From: an uncultured Desulfocucumis sp.
GTDB lineage: Bacteria > Bacillota > Desulfotomaculia > Desulfotomaculales > Desulfocucumaceae
Length of the DNA: 33,655 nucleotides
Direction of reading: 5' to 3'
NCBI GenBank assembly: GCA_965543975.1
Contig: CBEULQ010000001.1
Location: forward strand, 1-33,655
Part shown: piece by piece, positions 9,780 through 20,584 of the stretch
Position numbering within the stretch: the first letter of the stretch is position 1
How the letters are laid out: every line of letters starts with the position of its first letter
Translations under genes and position numbers: made by a program
The notes under the pieces: model-generated
Told to the model about the DNA's origin: nothing
Databases searched by the model: none
The model's input: the letters and a program-made list of their open reading frames with translations, nothing else

Positions 9780-11039
9780 CTATTTAATGAAGCCCTGATA
9801 ACTCCGCATAAGCATGTGAGATTCAATCTGCTTCATGGTATCCAGCGCCACGCCCACCGCAATAAGCAGTGCCGTACCGCCGAAGGATATGTTGGGTATT
9901 CTGGTGGCAACCATTACGAAATTCGGCAGTATGGCTATAAGCGCCAAAAATACTGCACCGGCCAGGGTAATCCTGCTCATAACCCTGCTGATGTATTCCG
10001 TCGTTGGCCTTCCCGGCCTTATGCCGGGTATAAATCCGCCGTATTTTTTGATATTATCGGAAATGTCCGCCGGGTTCATGATAACCGCGGTGTAAAAGTA
10101 AGTAAAACCTATAATCAACAGGCCGTAGAATATCGTATTCAGCGGCTGGCCCCAGCCGAAAAGCGATAAGTACCAGTCGGCCACCTTGCCGCCGGTAAAC
10201 CATCTGGCAATCTGCTCTGGAAACATCAATATGGATGACGCAAAAATAATGGGAATAACGCCTGCCTGGTTAACTCTTAAGGGTAAATGCGTGGACTGAC
10301 CGCCGTAAACCCTGCGCCCCACCACACGTTTGGCATACTGCACCGGAATCCTGCGCTGCCCCTGCTGAACAATAACGATACAGGCAATCACCACTGTGGC
10401 GATAACGATCAGCAAAATAACACTGAAAATATTGATGGTGCCTGCCCGCAGGTATTCTACAATGCTTACGGTAGCCGAAGGCAGACGGGAAACAATACCG
10501 GCAAAAATAATAAGTGAAATACCGTTGCCAATACCCTTTTCAGTAATCTGCTCGCCTATCCACATCAACAGTGTGGTACCTGCGGTAATGGTTATGGCCA
10601 CCATTAAATATGACCAGATGCTGGGTTTTACCATAGCCTGCTTTAATGCCACGCTGGTGCCTATGGCCTGTACAAAGGCCAGCACCACCGTCAGGTAGCG
10701 GGTGTACTGAGTAATTTTTTTCCGGCCCTCTTCCCCTTCTTTGGCCAGTCTTTCCAATGTGGGTATTACCACCGTAAGAAGCTGCATTATGATGGATGCG
10801 TTAATATACGGGGTAATACTCATGGCGAAAATGGAAAATCGTTTGAATGATCCGCCGGATATAACATCAAAAAAACCGAACAAAGCATTGCTGTTTACCA
10901 GATCGGCAAAAACTTGGGCGTTAACGCCGGGCACCGGTATGTGTGCCCCCAGCCTGAAGACGAATATCATCCCCAGGGTGAACAGTATTTTATTTCGCAG
11001 TTCATCTATTTTTAAAGCATTTTTTAAGGAATCAAGCAT
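9780..11039 (-). CDS. secY: Preprotein translocase subunit SecY
   Basis: [64 protein letters not shown]; ATG directly follows the rplO TAA. Confidence 0.99.
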   Translation of the reverse strand: MLDSLKNALKIDELRNKILFTLGMIFVFRLGAHIPVPGVNAQVFADLVNSNALFGFFDVISGGSFKRFSIFAMSITPYINASIIMQLLTVVIPTLERLAKEGEEGRKKITQYTRYLTVVLAFVQAIGTSVALKQAMVKPSIWSYLMVAITITAGTTLLMWIGEQITEKGIGNGISLIIFAGIVSRLPSATVSIVEYLRAGTINIFSVILLIVIATVVIACIVIVQQGQRRIPVQYAKRVVGRRVYGGQSTHLPLRVNQAGVIPIIFASSILMFPEQIARWFTGGKVADWYLSLFGWGQPLNTIFYGLLIIGFTYFYTAVIMNPADISDNIKKYGGFIPGIRPGRPTTEYISRVMSRITLAGAVFLALIAILPNFVMVATRIPNISFGGTALLIAVGVALDTMKQIESHMLMRSYQGFIK

Positions 11040-11486
11040 TTAAACCACCTCAGCTTTGCCACCAGCCGCAGCGATTTTATCCGCCGCCGATTTGCTGAAG
11101 GCATTGGCCTGAACTGTCAGAGCCTTGGTGATTTCACCGTTGCCCAGAATTTTTACTCCGTCCCCTATTTTTTTAATCAATCCTGCTTCCAGCATGGTGT
11201 CGATGGTTATAACCGAACCTGCTTCAAAGCGGTTTAAGGCGTCCAGATTAATGGCAACGATTTCTTTTTTGAAAGGAGCGTTGGTAAACCCTCGCTTGGG
11301 CATGCGCCTCTGCAGAGGCATTTGCCCACCTTCAAACCCGGGGCGCACACCGCCGCCCGACCGGGCTTTTTGTCCTTTATGCCCCCGGCCTGCGGTTTTT
11401 CCAAGTCCCGAACCAATCCCCTGCCCTTTCCGGGTAGGTTTTTTACGAGCGCCCTTGTTGGGCCCCAATTCGTTTAATTGGACCAC
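11040..11486 (-). CDS. rplO: 50S ribosomal protein L15
   Basis: [32 protein letters not shown]; GTG 11486 after SD AAGGAGG. Confidence 0.98.
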   Translation of the reverse strand: MVQLNELGPNKGARKKPTRKGQGIGSGLGKTAGRGHKGQKARSGGGVRPGFEGGQMPLQRRMPKRGFTNAPFKKEIVAINLDALNRFEAGSVITIDTMLEAGLIKKIGDGVKILGNGEITKALTVQANAFSKSAADKIAAAGGKAEVV

Positions 11487-11499
11487 TGGTTGCACCTCC

Positions 11500-11679
11500 T
11501 TAAGCTTCCTCCACCTTAACAAGGTGGGATACTTTATTGATCATTCCCCTAATCTGCGGGTTGTCTTCCTGCATAACCGAACTGTTAAGTTTCTTTAGTC
11601 CCAATGTACGTACAGTTACCCTCTGAGTCTCTGGTTTTCCGATTAGGCTCCTGATCAGGGTAATTTTAAGCTTAGCCAC
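11500..11679 (-). CDS. rpmD: 50S ribosomal protein L30
   Basis: Hand translation: [59 protein letters not shown] (59 aa, GTG start). Confidence 0.98.
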   Translation of the reverse strand: MAKLKITLIRSLIGKPETQRVTVRTLGLKKLNSSVMQEDNPQIRGMINKVSHLVKVEEA

Positions 11680-11689
11680 GTTATCACCC

Positions 11690-12190
11690 CTAACCCAGTA
11701 GTTCTTCCACGGTTTTACCCCTAAGACGGGCCACTTCCTGCGGGGTTTTCAAGTTTTCCAAGGCCGTCATGGTAGCGTGGACCATATTATTGGCATTATT
11801 AGAGCCCAGGGATTTGGTAAGTATGTCCCGTACCCCTGCCAGTTCCAGTATGGCCCGCACCGGACCTCCGGCTATAACGCCGGTACCGGGAGCGGCTGGT
11901 TTCATCAGAACCTTACCGGCTCCAAAAACACCGGTCACCTCGTGGGGAATGGTGGTACCGGATAGAGGAACGTTAATCATGTTCTTTTTTGCGTCCTCAA
12001 TACCTTTTCGAATGGCTTCGGGCACTTCGCCAGCCTTGCCGAGGCCTGAACCAACGTGCCCGTTGCCGTCGCCCACAACCACCAGGGCGGAAAAGCTAAA
12101 CCTCCGGCCGCCTTTTACTACCTTTGCCACGCGGTTAATATATACTACCTTTTCGGTTAACTCCAGTTTTCCAGCGTCAATCCTGGACAC
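11690..12190 (-). CDS. rpsE: 30S ribosomal protein S5
   Basis: [42 protein letters not shown]. Confidence 0.99.
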   Translation of the reverse strand: MSRIDAGKLELTEKVVYINRVAKVVKGGRRFSFSALVVVGDGNGHVGSGLGKAGEVPEAIRKGIEDAKKNMINVPLSGTTIPHEVTGVFGAGKVLMKPAAPGTGVIAGGPVRAILELAGVRDILTKSLGSNNANNMVHATMTALENLKTPQEVARLRGKTVEELLG

Positions 12191-12219
12191 CAGCTTCCCT
12201 CCTTAATACCCGTATTCAG

Positions 12220-12585
12220 TTAAAATTTCAGTCCGCCTTCCCTGGCGGCATCGGCCAACTCTTTAATTCTGCCGTGATAGAGATAACCGGCACGGTCAAA
12301 AACCACTTGATTAACCCCTTTTTCCACAGCCTTTTGAGCTATGAGTCCTCCCACAGCCTTAGCAGCTTCCTTATTGCCGCCGGATACCTTGCCTTTTAAC
12401 TCCGGGGATAGAGTTGAAGCCGATACCAGAGTTATACCCTTTTCATCATCGATTATTTGAGCATAGATATTGTTTATACTACGGAAAACATTCAACCTTG
12501 GGCGCTGGGTGGTGCCGAATATTTTATTGCGCACCCGGCCCTGCCGTTTGGCCCGCAGTCTATTACGGTCGGGTTTATTAATCAC
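12220..12585 (-). CDS. rplR: 50S ribosomal protein L18
   Basis: [32 protein letters not shown]. Confidence 0.99.
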   Translation of the reverse strand: MINKPDRNRLRAKRQGRVRNKIFGTTQRPRLNVFRSINNIYAQIIDDEKGITLVSASTLSPELKGKVSGGNKEAAKAVGGLIAQKAVEKGVNQVVFDRAGYLYHGRIKELADAAREGGLKF

Positions 12586-12605
12586 CGTATTTCAACTCCT
12601 TCGCC

Positions 12606-13154
12606 CTACTTCTTGCCCTTGCCGCCAGTCTTGCCCACCTTGCGGCGGATGCGTTCGCCTTCGTACTTAATCCCCTTACCCTTGTATGGCTCCGGCTCTC
12701 TGACCGCCCTGATATTAGCGGCCAGGGCACCGACCTTCTCTTTGTCAGTGCCTTTTACCACCACCTTGGTTGCGGCGGGAACTTCAATTTCAAGGCCTTC
12801 CGGCGGAGTTATTTCCACCGGATGAGAATAACCAACGGCCAGCACCAGTTTGTTGCCCTGCTTTGATGCCTTGTATCCTACTCCGGTAAGCTCAAGGTTC
12901 TTTTCAAACCCCTTGGTTACACCGGTAACCATATTATCCAGCAAAGTACGGCTCAAACCATGTAACGATTTATGCAGTGCGATGTCGGAGGGTCTCTCCA
13001 CCACCAGCTTGCCGTCTTCAACACGAATAATTATATCCCGGTGAAAATCCCTTTCCAGTTTGCCCTTTGGGCCTTTAACCCTAACCGTGCTGCCATCTAT
13101 CTGCACTTCAACTCCCTGGGGCAGGGGAATGGGCTGTTTACCGATTCTGGACAT
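12606..13154 (-). CDS. rplF: 50S ribosomal protein L6
   Basis: [31 protein letters not shown]. Confidence 0.99.
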   Translation of the reverse strand: MSRIGKQPIPLPQGVEVQIDGSTVRVKGPKGKLERDFHRDIIIRVEDGKLVVERPSDIALHKSLHGLSRTLLDNMVTGVTKGFEKNLELTGVGYKASKQGNKLVLAVGYSHPVEITPPEGLEIEVPAATKVVVKGTDKEKVGALAANIRAVREPEPYKGKGIKYEGERIRRKVGKTGGKGKK

Positions 13155-13257
13155 GCCTGCACCTCCCTGTTTCGGAACACCGGACGCTTAAAACGCCAGG
13201 TTCCGGTAGTTGTATTTCCATATTGCACTAGCGTGGTACCGGCAACTACTGCCTTAA

Positions 13258-13656
13258 TTACCAAACGTAGCAAACTACCTCTCCGCCCAGACCCTGTTTT
13301 CTGGCCTGCTTATCGGACATTAATCCCTTGGAAGTGGATATAACGGCTACCCCGAGACCACCCAGAACCTTTGGAACTGCGTCCTTGCGGGCGTAAACCC
13401 TTAGTCCCGGTTTGCTGATCCTTTTAATTCCAGTAATAACTTTTTCCTTGTTGGGGCCGTATTTTAAATAAACCCTGATAACACCCTGTTTGCCGTCCGC
13501 CACATATTCGCAATCCTTGATAAAGCCCTCTTCCTTGAGTATGTCGGCAATAGCCTTTTTCATCTTGGAGGCCGGGGCTTCAATTTTATCATGATAAACC
13601 GTATTGGCATTACGAATCCGTGTCAAAAAGTCGGCCACGGGATCAGTCATGACCAT
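13258..13656 (-). CDS. rpsH: 30S ribosomal protein S8
   Basis: [39 protein letters not shown]; start moved to ATG 13656. Confidence 0.99.
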   Translation of the reverse strand: MVMTDPVADFLTRIRNANTVYHDKIEAPASKMKKAIADILKEEGFIKDCEYVADGKQGVIRVYLKYGPNKEKVITGIKRISKPGLRVYARKDAVPKVLGGLGVAVISTSKGLMSDKQARKQGLGGEVVCYVW

Positions 13657-13677
13657 GCGATACAACCTCCTTCCAGA

Positions 13678-13863
13678 TTACCAGCTGGCCTTGCGCACGC
13701 CCGGAATTTCTCCGCGGTAGGAAAGTTCCCTGAAACAAATTCTGCATATCCCGAATTTACGCATATATGCGTGGGGCCGCCCACAAAGCTTGCATCTATT
13801 GTATTTACGCACTAGAAACTTGGGGTCATGTGCGCATCTGTTGATCATTGATTTTTTTGCCAC
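13678..13863 (-). CDS. rpsZ: 30S ribosomal protein S14, type Z (zinc-binding, 61 aa)
   Basis: RCKLCGRP...GICRICFRE...IPGVRKASW. Confidence 0.98.
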   Translation of the reverse strand: MAKKSMINRCAHDPKFLVRKYNRCKLCGRPHAYMRKFGICRICFRELSYRGEIPGVRKASW

Positions 13864-14001
13864 TGTCTCCCCTCCTTTGAAGGAAATACAATCCCTTGAA
13901 CCGGGAATCGCAGTTGCGGTTTAATGTTCCTGTCGTCCTAACCAACCCCGATAACCTTCGTAACTTTTACTTTGGTCCTGTATGCTGTTAAAATCTTTAA
14001 A

Positions 14002-14544
14002 TTAGGCCGCCTTGAAGGGCATACCCATTAACCTCAATAATTCCCTGGCTTCTTCGTCGGTACGGGCTGTGGTAACAAAAATAATATCCATGCCCCGAAC
14101 CTTGTCTATTTTATCGTACTCAATCTCTGGAAAGATTAACTGCTCCCTTACACCCAGGCTGTAATTACCCCTGCCGTCAAAGGATTTGGGCGAAACGCCC
14201 CTAAAGTCACGGACCCTTGGCAGGGCAATGCTGAACAGTTTATCGACGAAGTTGTACATACGATTACCCCTAAGGGTTACCTTGCAGCCTATTTTCATCC
14301 CTTGGCGCAGCTTAAAAGCGGCTATGGATTTTTTCGCCTTGGTAACCACAGGACGCTGGCCGGTAATGGTAATAAGGTCGCCTACGGCAGAATCCATTGC
14401 CTTACTATTCTGTATAGCTTCACCCACACCCATGTTAACCACGACTTTTTCCAGTCTGGGTACTTGCATGATGTTGTTATAGCCGAATTTTTTCATCATG
14501 GCTTCAACAACTTGCTGTTGATATTTTTCCTTTAGCCTTGACAC
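14002..14544 (-). CDS. rplE: 50S ribosomal protein L5
   Basis: [43 protein letters not shown]; GTG 14544 after SD AGGAGG (TTG 14547 alternative). Confidence 0.98.
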   Translation of the reverse strand: MSRLKEKYQQQVVEAMMKKFGYNNIMQVPRLEKVVVNMGVGEAIQNSKAMDSAVGDLITITGQRPVVTKAKKSIAAFKLRQGMKIGCKVTLRGNRMYNFVDKLFSIALPRVRDFRGVSPKSFDGRGNYSLGVREQLIFPEIEYDKIDKVRGMDIIFVTTARTDEEARELLRLMGMPFKAA

Positions 14545-14564
14545 CAAAATTCCCTCCTTCCGAA

Positions 14565-14630
14565 CGGAACATCCCGCTTTAGAGAAGTCCCCTTTTACTC
14601 GCAAATGAAATCCAGGAAGGTATGTGTCCC
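14565..14630. repeat. Highly degenerate REP-like pair in the rplX-rplE spacer
   Basis: cggaacatcccg (14565-14576) ... aggtatgtgtccc (14618-14630). Confidence 0.35.
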
Positions 14631-14646
14631 TTTCCCTGTAAACGGA

Positions 14647-14967
14647 TTATCCGAGCACTTCACCGCAATTTTTACATTCCCTGACTTTCTTTCCGTCTTC
14701 CAAAAGCTTTTTTTTGATTCTGGTTGGTTTGTTGCATTTGTTGCAGTAAAGCATTACGTTTGAGCTGTGAATAGGCGCTTCCATTTCCACAATGCCGCCC
14801 TGAGGCATTTTCTGTGTGGGTTTGGTATGACGCTTTACCACATTTATATCTTCAACGATTAAGCGGCTTTTATCAGGCTCCACGGAAACCACTTTACCTT
14901 TTTTACCTTTGTGCTTACCGGATACAACCAGAACCATGTCTCCTGTTCTGACGTGAACCTTGGGCAT
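14647..14967 (-). CDS. rplX: 50S ribosomal protein L24 (with two CxxC pairs)
   Basis: KOW motif GDMVLVVSGKHKGKKGKV, EAPIHSSNV, CNKC...CKNC; start moved to ATG 14967. Confidence 0.98.
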   Translation of the reverse strand: MPKVHVRTGDMVLVVSGKHKGKKGKVVSVEPDKSRLIVEDINVVKRHTKPTQKMPQGGIVEMEAPIHSSNVMLYCNKCNKPTRIKKKLLEDGKKVRECKNCGEVLG

Positions 14968-15092
14968 ATTTTGCACCTCCCTTGAGCGAACGCCGAGTGT
15001 CAGATACCGGTCGCCTGTTAGGAAATTTATAATCCGTCCCCTGATGCTTAACTTTCCGGTCACCTGAAATCAGTCACGCTGTTTTTTAAGTC

Positions 15093-15461
15093 TTACAGCA
15101 CTTCGGGCGCCAGCGATACTATTTTCATGAAATCCCGGTCACGCAGTTCCCTGGCCACGGGTCCGAATATACGGGTCCCCCGGGGGCTTTTATCATCCTT
15201 GATGACTACTGCTGCGTTCTCGTCAAATTTAATATAAGATCCGTCCGGGCGGGGCACTTCCTTTACGGTCCGTACCACAACGCATTTCACCACATCGCCC
15301 TTCTTAACAACGCCGCCAGGCGTGGCTTCTTTAACAGAACAAACAATTATGTCCCCCACACTGGCGTAGCGGCGCAGCGATCCGCCCAGCACCTTTATAC
15401 ACATGAGCTTTTTGGCTCCGGTATTATCGGCCACCTTTAGAACGGTTTGCACCTGAATCAT
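15093..15461 (-). CDS. rplN: 50S ribosomal protein L14
   Basis: [34 protein letters not shown]. Confidence 0.99.
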   Translation of the reverse strand: MIQVQTVLKVADNTGAKKLMCIKVLGGSLRRYASVGDIIVCSVKEATPGGVVKKGDVVKCVVVRTVKEVPRPDGSYIKFDENAAVVIKDDKSPRGTRIFGPVARELRDRDFMKIVSLAPEVL

Positions 15462-15540
15462 GCCTTATTTACCTCCCTTCGGCGATGGCAATAACCTATA
15501 CCTTTTTAAGGCCTGCCAAACGCTGAATTGATATAGGGAA

Positions 15541-15804
15541 TTAAATCTGCTCGGCCCGTTCCAGTATCTCCACTAACCTCCAGCGTTTATCCTTGGAGAG
15601 GGGTCTGGTTTCCATTATCCTTACCTTATCACCGATGCGGCAGGAATTCTCTTCGTCATGGGCCTTGAATTTTTTTGTTTGCCTTACGGTGCGCTGGTAC
15701 AGTGGGTGCCTGACCAGGGTTTCCACTGCCACTACCACGGTTTTATCCATTTTGTTGCTGACTACGTGACCAGTACGTGTTTTTCGCAAATTGCGGCCTT
15801 CCAC
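15541..15804 (-). CDS. rpsQ: 30S ribosomal protein S17
   Basis: [31 protein letters not shown]. Confidence 0.99.
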   Translation of the reverse strand: MEGRNLRKTRTGHVVSNKMDKTVVVAVETLVRHPLYQRTVRQTKKFKAHDEENSCRIGDKVRIMETRPLSKDKRWRLVEILERAEQI

Positions 15805-15825
15805 TCAACTACCTCCTTCGTTGGC

Positions 15826-16029
15826 TTAAGCCTGCCGGATTCCCAGTTCCCTCTGGCGTTGAACAGTCTTCGCCCGGGCAATACTACGGCGCACTTCCCT
15901 GATCCGCATGGGATTATCCAACTGTCCGGTAGCCAACCGGAATCTCAATTTAAAAAGCTCATCCTTTGAATCGGCTATTTTTTTATTCAGTTCCTCGTCT
16001 GTCATATCCCTGAGCTCTTTAGCCTTCAT
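15826..16029 (-). CDS. rpmC: 50S ribosomal protein L29
   Basis: [29 protein letters not shown]; ATG 16029 overlaps the end of rplP. Confidence 0.98.
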   Translation of the reverse strand: MKAKELRDMTDEELNKKIADSKDELFKLRFRLATGQLDNPMRIREVRRSIARAKTVQRQRELGIRQA

Positions 16030-16450
16030 TTGCCTCACCTACTTCCCCGCGTTTAACAAACTTCGTCTTGATGGGCAACTTGTGAGACGCTAAACGCATT
16101 GCTTCCCTGGCAATTTCTTCACTAACACCTGCCAGTTCGAACATAATCCTGCCCGGTTTAACCACTGCTACCCAGTACTCAGGAGCACCCTTGCCGCTCC
16201 CCATCCTGGTCTCTGCCGGTTTCTGGGTAATGGGCTTGTCAGGAAATATTCTTATCCAAACTTTCCCGCCCCGTTTAATGTAACGGGTCATAGCGATACG
16301 GGCCGCCTCAATTTGCCTGCTGGTTATCCAAGCCGCCTCAAGGGCCTGCAAGCCGAATTCGCCGAAACTTATATCGGTGCCGCCCTTTGCTTTTCCAGTA
16401 AGATCCGGGCGGTGTTGTTTACGGTATTTAACCCTCTTAGGTATAAGCAT
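16019..16450 (-). CDS. rplP: 50S ribosomal protein L16
   Basis: [35 protein letters not shown]. Confidence 0.99.
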   Translation of the reverse strand: MLIPKRVKYRKQHRPDLTGKAKGGTDISFGEFGLQALEAAWITSRQIEAARIAMTRYIKRGGKVWIRIFPDKPITQKPAETRMGSGKGAPEYWVAVVKPGRIMFELAGVSEEIAREAMRLASHKLPIKTKFVKRGEVGEANEG

Positions 16451-16456
16451 TTGAGC

Positions 16457-17125
16457 CTATTCGCCTCCTTGACCGGCAGCGGGCCTGGCCTTTGCTTCCG
16501 GCAATACTTCTCCTTTATAAACCCAGACTTTAATGCCAATCTTGCCGTAGGTGGTATTGGCTTCCGCGGTGCCGTAATCAATATCCGCACGCAGCGTGTG
16601 CAGGGGAACTTTACCTTCGCTGTACCACTCCGTACGGGCAATTTCAGCTCCGGCCAGCCTGCCGCCGCAAGCTATTTTAATTCCTTTGGCCCCGGACTTC
16701 ATGGAGCGGGATACAGCCTGCTTCATGGCCCTGCGGAACGCTGTCCTCTTTTCGATTTGTGAGGCCACGTTTTCCGCCACTAGTTGTGCATCCAGCTCGG
16801 GAACCTTGATCTCAGCAATATTAACGTGGACCTGCTTGCTGGTAATCTGCTCCAGCGTTTTCCGCAGATTTTCCACTTCGGTACCGCCCCTGCCGATAAC
16901 AATACCGGGCTTGGCGGTGTGTACAGTTATTTTAACCCTGTTGGCAGCTCTTTCAATTTGAATCCTGGAAATACCCGCTTGGTATAGCTTTTTCTTAATA
17001 TACTTACGGATTTTAACATCCTCGATTAGAAGAGAAGAAAAATCCTTTTTACCAGCAAACCATTTGCCTTCCCAATCCTTAATAATGCCGATCCGCAGCC
17101 CTTTAGGATGTACTTTTTGCCCCAC
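16457..17125 (-). CDS. rpsC: 30S ribosomal protein S3
   Basis: [45 protein letters not shown]. Confidence 0.99.
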   Translation of the reverse strand: MGQKVHPKGLRIGIIKDWEGKWFAGKKDFSSLLIEDVKIRKYIKKKLYQAGISRIQIERAANRVKITVHTAKPGIVIGRGGTEVENLRKTLEQITSKQVHVNIAEIKVPELDAQLVAENVASQIEKRTAFRRAMKQAVSRSMKSGAKGIKIACGGRLAGAEIARTEWYSEGKVPLHTLRADIDYGTAEANTTYGKIGIKVWVYKGEVLPEAKARPAAGQGGE

Positions 17126-17137
17126 GCTAACCCTCCT

Positions 17138-17491
17138 TTATTTAGCCGCTTTTTCTTTGACCACCACGGTAATGTGGCTGGTCCGTTTCCGCAGTATATC
17201 CGCCCGTCCCATGGCTCTGGCCTGGAAACGCTTGAGAGTCGGACCCTGGTCCACAAAACACTCGGCGATATACAGGTTATCCTTATCCATTTCGTAATTG
17301 TGCTCCGCATTGGCAGCGGCGGATTTGACCACCTTTGCCACCGGACTGGACGCCCTTTTAGGCGTGTATTTGAGAATCGCCAGAGCTTCACGTACGTCCT
17401 TTCCCCGGATCAGGTCCACCACCTGGCGCACCTTGCGCGGGGAAATACGGATATATCTGGCTATTGCCTTTGCTTCAGCATTCTCTGCCAT
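17138..17491 (-). CDS. rplV: 50S ribosomal protein L22
   Basis: [35 protein letters not shown]; start moved to ATG 17491 after SD AAGGGGGG. Confidence 0.99.
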   Translation of the reverse strand: MAENAEAKAIARYIRISPRKVRQVVDLIRGKDVREALAILKYTPKRASSPVAKVVKSAAANAEHNYEMDKDNLYIAECFVDQGPTLKRFQARAMGRADILRKRTSHITVVVKEKAAK

Positions 17492-17512
17492 TGGTATACC
17501 CCCCTTGTCACG

Positions 17513-17700
17513 CACTTACTTTAAGAGGATGTTCAAAAAGTCTGCGCGAGATCCACTTCGAATTTCTACGTTGGCTCGTCTTTTGCGGTGCTCACGTATT
17601 ATATATACGCTCCGCTCCCCAAATCCTTCGCCGCCTTGAACTTCTCGTGTCTAACGTGCTACTTTTCGAACACTTACTTTAAGAGGATGTTCAAAAAGTC
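17513..17700. repeat. 30-bp perfect direct repeat, two copies
   Basis: cacttactttaagaggatgttcaaaaagtc at 17513-17542 and 17671-17700. Confidence 0.95.
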
Positions 17701-17717
17701 CTTGCTCCTTTTTGAAC
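17522..17717. mobile_element. Non-autonomous miniature inverted-repeat (MITE/ERIC-like) element plus a collapsed second copy
   Basis: Terminal IR gttcaaaaagt (17531-17541) / acttttcgaac (17661-17671); nested internal pairings up to the apical cgtat-tatat-atacg; no transposase; followed by a perfect 10-bp hairpin made of the same termini (17689-17717). Confidence 0.7.
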
Positions 17718-17719
17718 GC

Positions 17720-18004
17720 TTATTTTAAAGAAGTGGACCTCTCGGTGTGGCCCCCGTGCCCCCTAAACAACCTCGTAGGGGCAAATTCTCCCAGTTTATG
17801 ACCTACCATGTCCTCGGTAACATATACCGGGATGTGTTTCCGTCCGTCGTGCACGGCCAGGGTATGACCGATCATGTCGGGGAAAATGGTAGACCGGCGG
17901 GACCATGTTTTGATTACCCGTTTATCCCCTTTATCGTTCATATCCTGTATCTTTTGTAGCAGTTTCTCGTCGCAGTACGGTCCTTTTTTTAGGGAACGGC
18001 CCAT
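17720..18004 (-). CDS. rpsS: 30S ribosomal protein S19
   Basis: [29 protein letters not shown]. Confidence 0.99.
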   Translation of the reverse strand: MGRSLKKGPYCDEKLLQKIQDMNDKGDKRVIKTWSRRSTIFPDMIGHTLAVHDGRKHIPVYVTEDMVGHKLGEFAPTRLFRGHGGHTERSTSLK

Positions 18005-18078
18005 GTATTAGCCTCCTTTCGCTCCATTATAGGAAACGCAGGTGTTATATTCCGGAGTCACATAAACCTGGCGGTTCG

Positions 18079-18903
18079 CTATCTGGTCCGCCGTTTTACG
18101 ATTAGCTTATCGCTGGGCTTCTTCTTCCTGGTGCGCGCGCCCAAGGCAGGTTTGCCCCACGGTGTTACCGGGTTCCGGCCGATGGGAGAGCGGCCCTCGC
18201 CACCGCCGTGCGGGTGGTCCACAGGGTTCATGACGACACCTCTTACCGTTGGCCGGATGCCCATCCAGCGCTTACGGCCGGCCTTGCCGATGGTGATGTT
18301 CTCATGCTCCACATTGCCTACCTGGCCGATGGTGGCACGGCAGTCCTGTAAAAGCAGCCTCATTTCACCCGAAGGCATGCGGATGTTGGCGTACTTTCCT
18401 TCCTTGGCCATAAGCTGGGCCGAAGTACCCGCAGAGCGCACCAGTTGACCTCCGCCGTTAGGATACATTTCTATATTATGAATCATGGTGCCCACTGGTA
18501 TATTCTTAAGGGGCAGTGCATTCCCCACCTTAATATCGACATCCGGACCTGAAACAACGGTCATGCCTACCGTAAGGCCGAGTGGCGCCAGTATATAGCG
18601 TTTTTCACCATCGGCATAGTTCAGAAGGGCAATTCGGGCGGAACGGTTTGGATCATACTCAATGGTAGCCACTTTTGCCGAAATACCGTCTTTGTCCCTT
18701 TTGAAGTCAATAATTCTGAACTTTCTTTTATGTCCGCCACCGCGGTGCCTTACCGTTAGCCTGCCCCCTGCGTTTCTCCCACCTGTTTTATTCAGTGGCT
18801 CCAGCAAAGATTTTTCAGGCTTATCGGTGGTTATTTCATCAAATGCCGAAACGGTGACGAACCGGCGGCCCGGCGAGGTGGGCTTAAATTTCTTGATAGC
18901 CAC
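18079..18903 (-). CDS. rplB: 50S ribosomal protein L2
   Basis: [36 protein letters not shown]; GTG start. Confidence 0.99.
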   Translation of the reverse strand: MAIKKFKPTSPGRRFVTVSAFDEITTDKPEKSLLEPLNKTGGRNAGGRLTVRHRGGGHKRKFRIIDFKRDKDGISAKVATIEYDPNRSARIALLNYADGEKRYILAPLGLTVGMTVVSGPDVDIKVGNALPLKNIPVGTMIHNIEMYPNGGGQLVRSAGTSAQLMAKEGKYANIRMPSGEMRLLLQDCRATIGQVGNVEHENITIGKAGRKRWMGIRPTVRGVVMNPVDHPHGGGEGRSPIGRNPVTPWGKPALGARTRKKKPSDKLIVKRRTR

Positions 18904-19014
18904 CTTCTATTACCTCCTTATATTCCTGCCATATGTTACAGCCGCTAACAACAGATACATCCTGTTAATTCATTCCGACATCCTGCGTCCGACGACTGAA
19001 TTGGCAGGCCGGTT

Positions 19015-19302
19015 CTAGACTCCTTCAAACAGTTCTATTTTGTCGCCTTCTTTTAAAGTAACAATTGCTTTCTTATAGTCGGGGGTTCTGCCCAGCACGT
19101 TTCTGACCCGGCGCAGTTTTCCTTTGTAACGCATGGTGCGGACCTTTTCCACCTTGACCTTGAACAGTTCTTCCACTGCTTTTTTTATTTCAACCTTATT
19201 GGCTTTAAGGTCCACAACAAAAGTATATTTGTTCTCACCCTGCAGAGCCATGCTTTTCTCAGTAACCACCGGCCGCTTCAGTATATCCCTCGGGTTATTC
19301 AC
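19015..19302 (-). CDS. rplW: 50S ribosomal protein L23
   Basis: [31 protein letters not shown]; GTGA overlap with the rplD stop. Confidence 0.99.
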   Translation of the reverse strand: MNNPRDILKRPVVTEKSMALQGENKYTFVVDLKANKVEIKKAVEELFKVKVEKVRTMRYKGKLRRVRNVLGRTPDYKKAIVTLKEGDKIELFEGV

Positions 19303-19925
19303 TGTGCCAGCACCTCCTCGACCCTGGTCACCGCATCTTTGGTTATTACCAAAGTATTGTGCGCCAGTATGTCGTACACATTAAGCCAGCTTGCTGAAAC
19401 AGGTTTAACCCCGGGAATGTTCCGGGCGGATTTTACCACGTTCTCGTCATTGCCAGCAATTACCACCAGAGCTTTTTTATCGATCTTGAGGTTGTTCAAT
19501 ATACGTGACATTTCCTTTGTTTTGGGCTGATCCATTTTCAGATCATCCAGAACCATAATACTGCCTTCCTCAACCTTTGAGGAGAGTGCAGACTTAATAG
19601 CCAGCCTTCTTACCTTTTTGGGCAGCCTGATGCTGTAGTCCCGGGGATGGGGACCGAACACAATGCCGCCTCCCCGCCAGATGGGCGAACGAATGCTACC
19701 GTGCCTGGCCCTGCCGGTGCCTTTTTGACGCCAGGGCTTCTTGCCTCCGCCGGAAACCTCTGCCCGGGTCTTCGTGTCATGAGTGCCACGTCTTAACCCG
19801 GCCAGATAGGCCACAACGGCATCGTGCATCACGGAGCGGTGAACAGGAACTCCGAAAACGCTGTCGTTTAATTCAATTTCCCCCACCTGTTCTCCATTGA
19901 TGTTATATAAAGCAACTTTAGGCAT
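19299..19925 (-). CDS. rplD: 50S ribosomal protein L4
   Basis: [31 protein letters not shown]; start moved to ATG 19925. Confidence 0.99.
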   Translation of the reverse strand: MPKVALYNINGEQVGEIELNDSVFGVPVHRSVMHDAVVAYLAGLRRGTHDTKTRAEVSGGGKKPWRQKGTGRARHGSIRSPIWRGGGIVFGPHPRDYSIRLPKKVRRLAIKSALSSKVEEGSIMVLDDLKMDQPKTKEMSRILNNLKIDKKALVVIAGNDENVVKSARNIPGVKPVSASWLNVYDILAHNTLVITKDAVTRVEEVLAQ

Positions 19926-19951
19926 ATAAGTTCCTCCTTTACGCACCGCCG

Positions 19952-20584
19952 CTATTGCCTGGCCTTGATGCTATCCTTGATAACTACCAGGCTGCCTTTA
20001 GGGCCCGGTACAGCACCTTTTAGCGCCAGCAAGTTGCGTTCCGGGTCGACCCTTACCACTTCCAGGTTTTGCACGGTAACCTTTTCAGCACCGTAATGTC
20101 CCGGAAGCTTCCGGCCTTTAAAGACTCTGGCCGGTCCCTTGGCTCCCAGGGAACCCGGACGCCGGTGATATTTCGAGCCGTGGGCCATGGGTCCGCGGTG
20201 GAAACCGTGCCGTTTGATGCCGCCGGAAAATCCACGTCCTTTTGAAGTTCCGGTAACGTCAACCTTCTCGCCGGTTGCAAAAATATCCGCTTTAATCTCC
20301 TGGCCCACCTGGTAACTGTCAATATCTTCCAGTCTTAATTCTTTTAAAAATCTTAATGGGCGGACACCTGCTTTGGAAAAGTGCCCTTTGATCGGTTTAT
20401 TGAAAAGTCTTTCCCTCTTTTCCCCGAAGCCCACCTGAACAGCGCCGTATCCATCCCGTTCCGGTGTCTTCTTCTGAACCACTAAGCATGGACCTGCTTC
20501 AATAACGGTAACCGGCACAGCCAGACCAGCTTCGGTGAACAACTGGGTCATGCCGACTTTTCTGCCAAGTATTCCTTTTTTCAT
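19952..20584 (-). CDS. rplC: 50S ribosomal protein L3
   Basis: [41 protein letters not shown]; start moved to ATG 20584. Confidence 0.99.
   Translation of the reverse strand: MKKGILGRKVGMTQLFTEAGLAVPVTVIEAGPCLVVQKKTPERDGYGAVQVGFGEKRERLFNKPIKGHFSKAGVRPLRFLKELRLEDIDSYQVGQEIKADIFATGEKVDVTGTSKGRGFSGGIKRHGFHRGPMAHGSKYHRRPGSLGAKGPARVFKGRKLPGHYGAEKVTVQNLEVVRVDPERNLLALKGAVPGPKGSLVVIKDSIKARQ

Noticed and set aside
17513-17521. cacttactt matches the reverse complement of the 5' end of the ERIC2 primer
   Set aside because: Only 9 bp and in the wrong position relative to the element core; treated as coincidence and not used as evidence.
17464-17682. 72-aa plus-strand ORF across the miniature element (also 17298-17639)
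   Set aside because: No transposase motifs or SD, antisense to the operon; incidental reading frames.
17513-17700. 30-bp direct repeat as a minimal CRISPR array
   Set aside because: Only two copies, the 128-nt intervening sequence is far longer than a spacer and is itself palindromic, and there are no cas genes in the window.
18925-19008. Cloverleaf as a tRNA gene
   Set aside because: No TTCRA T-loop, no D-loop GG in position, no CCA, and arm lengths are wrong.
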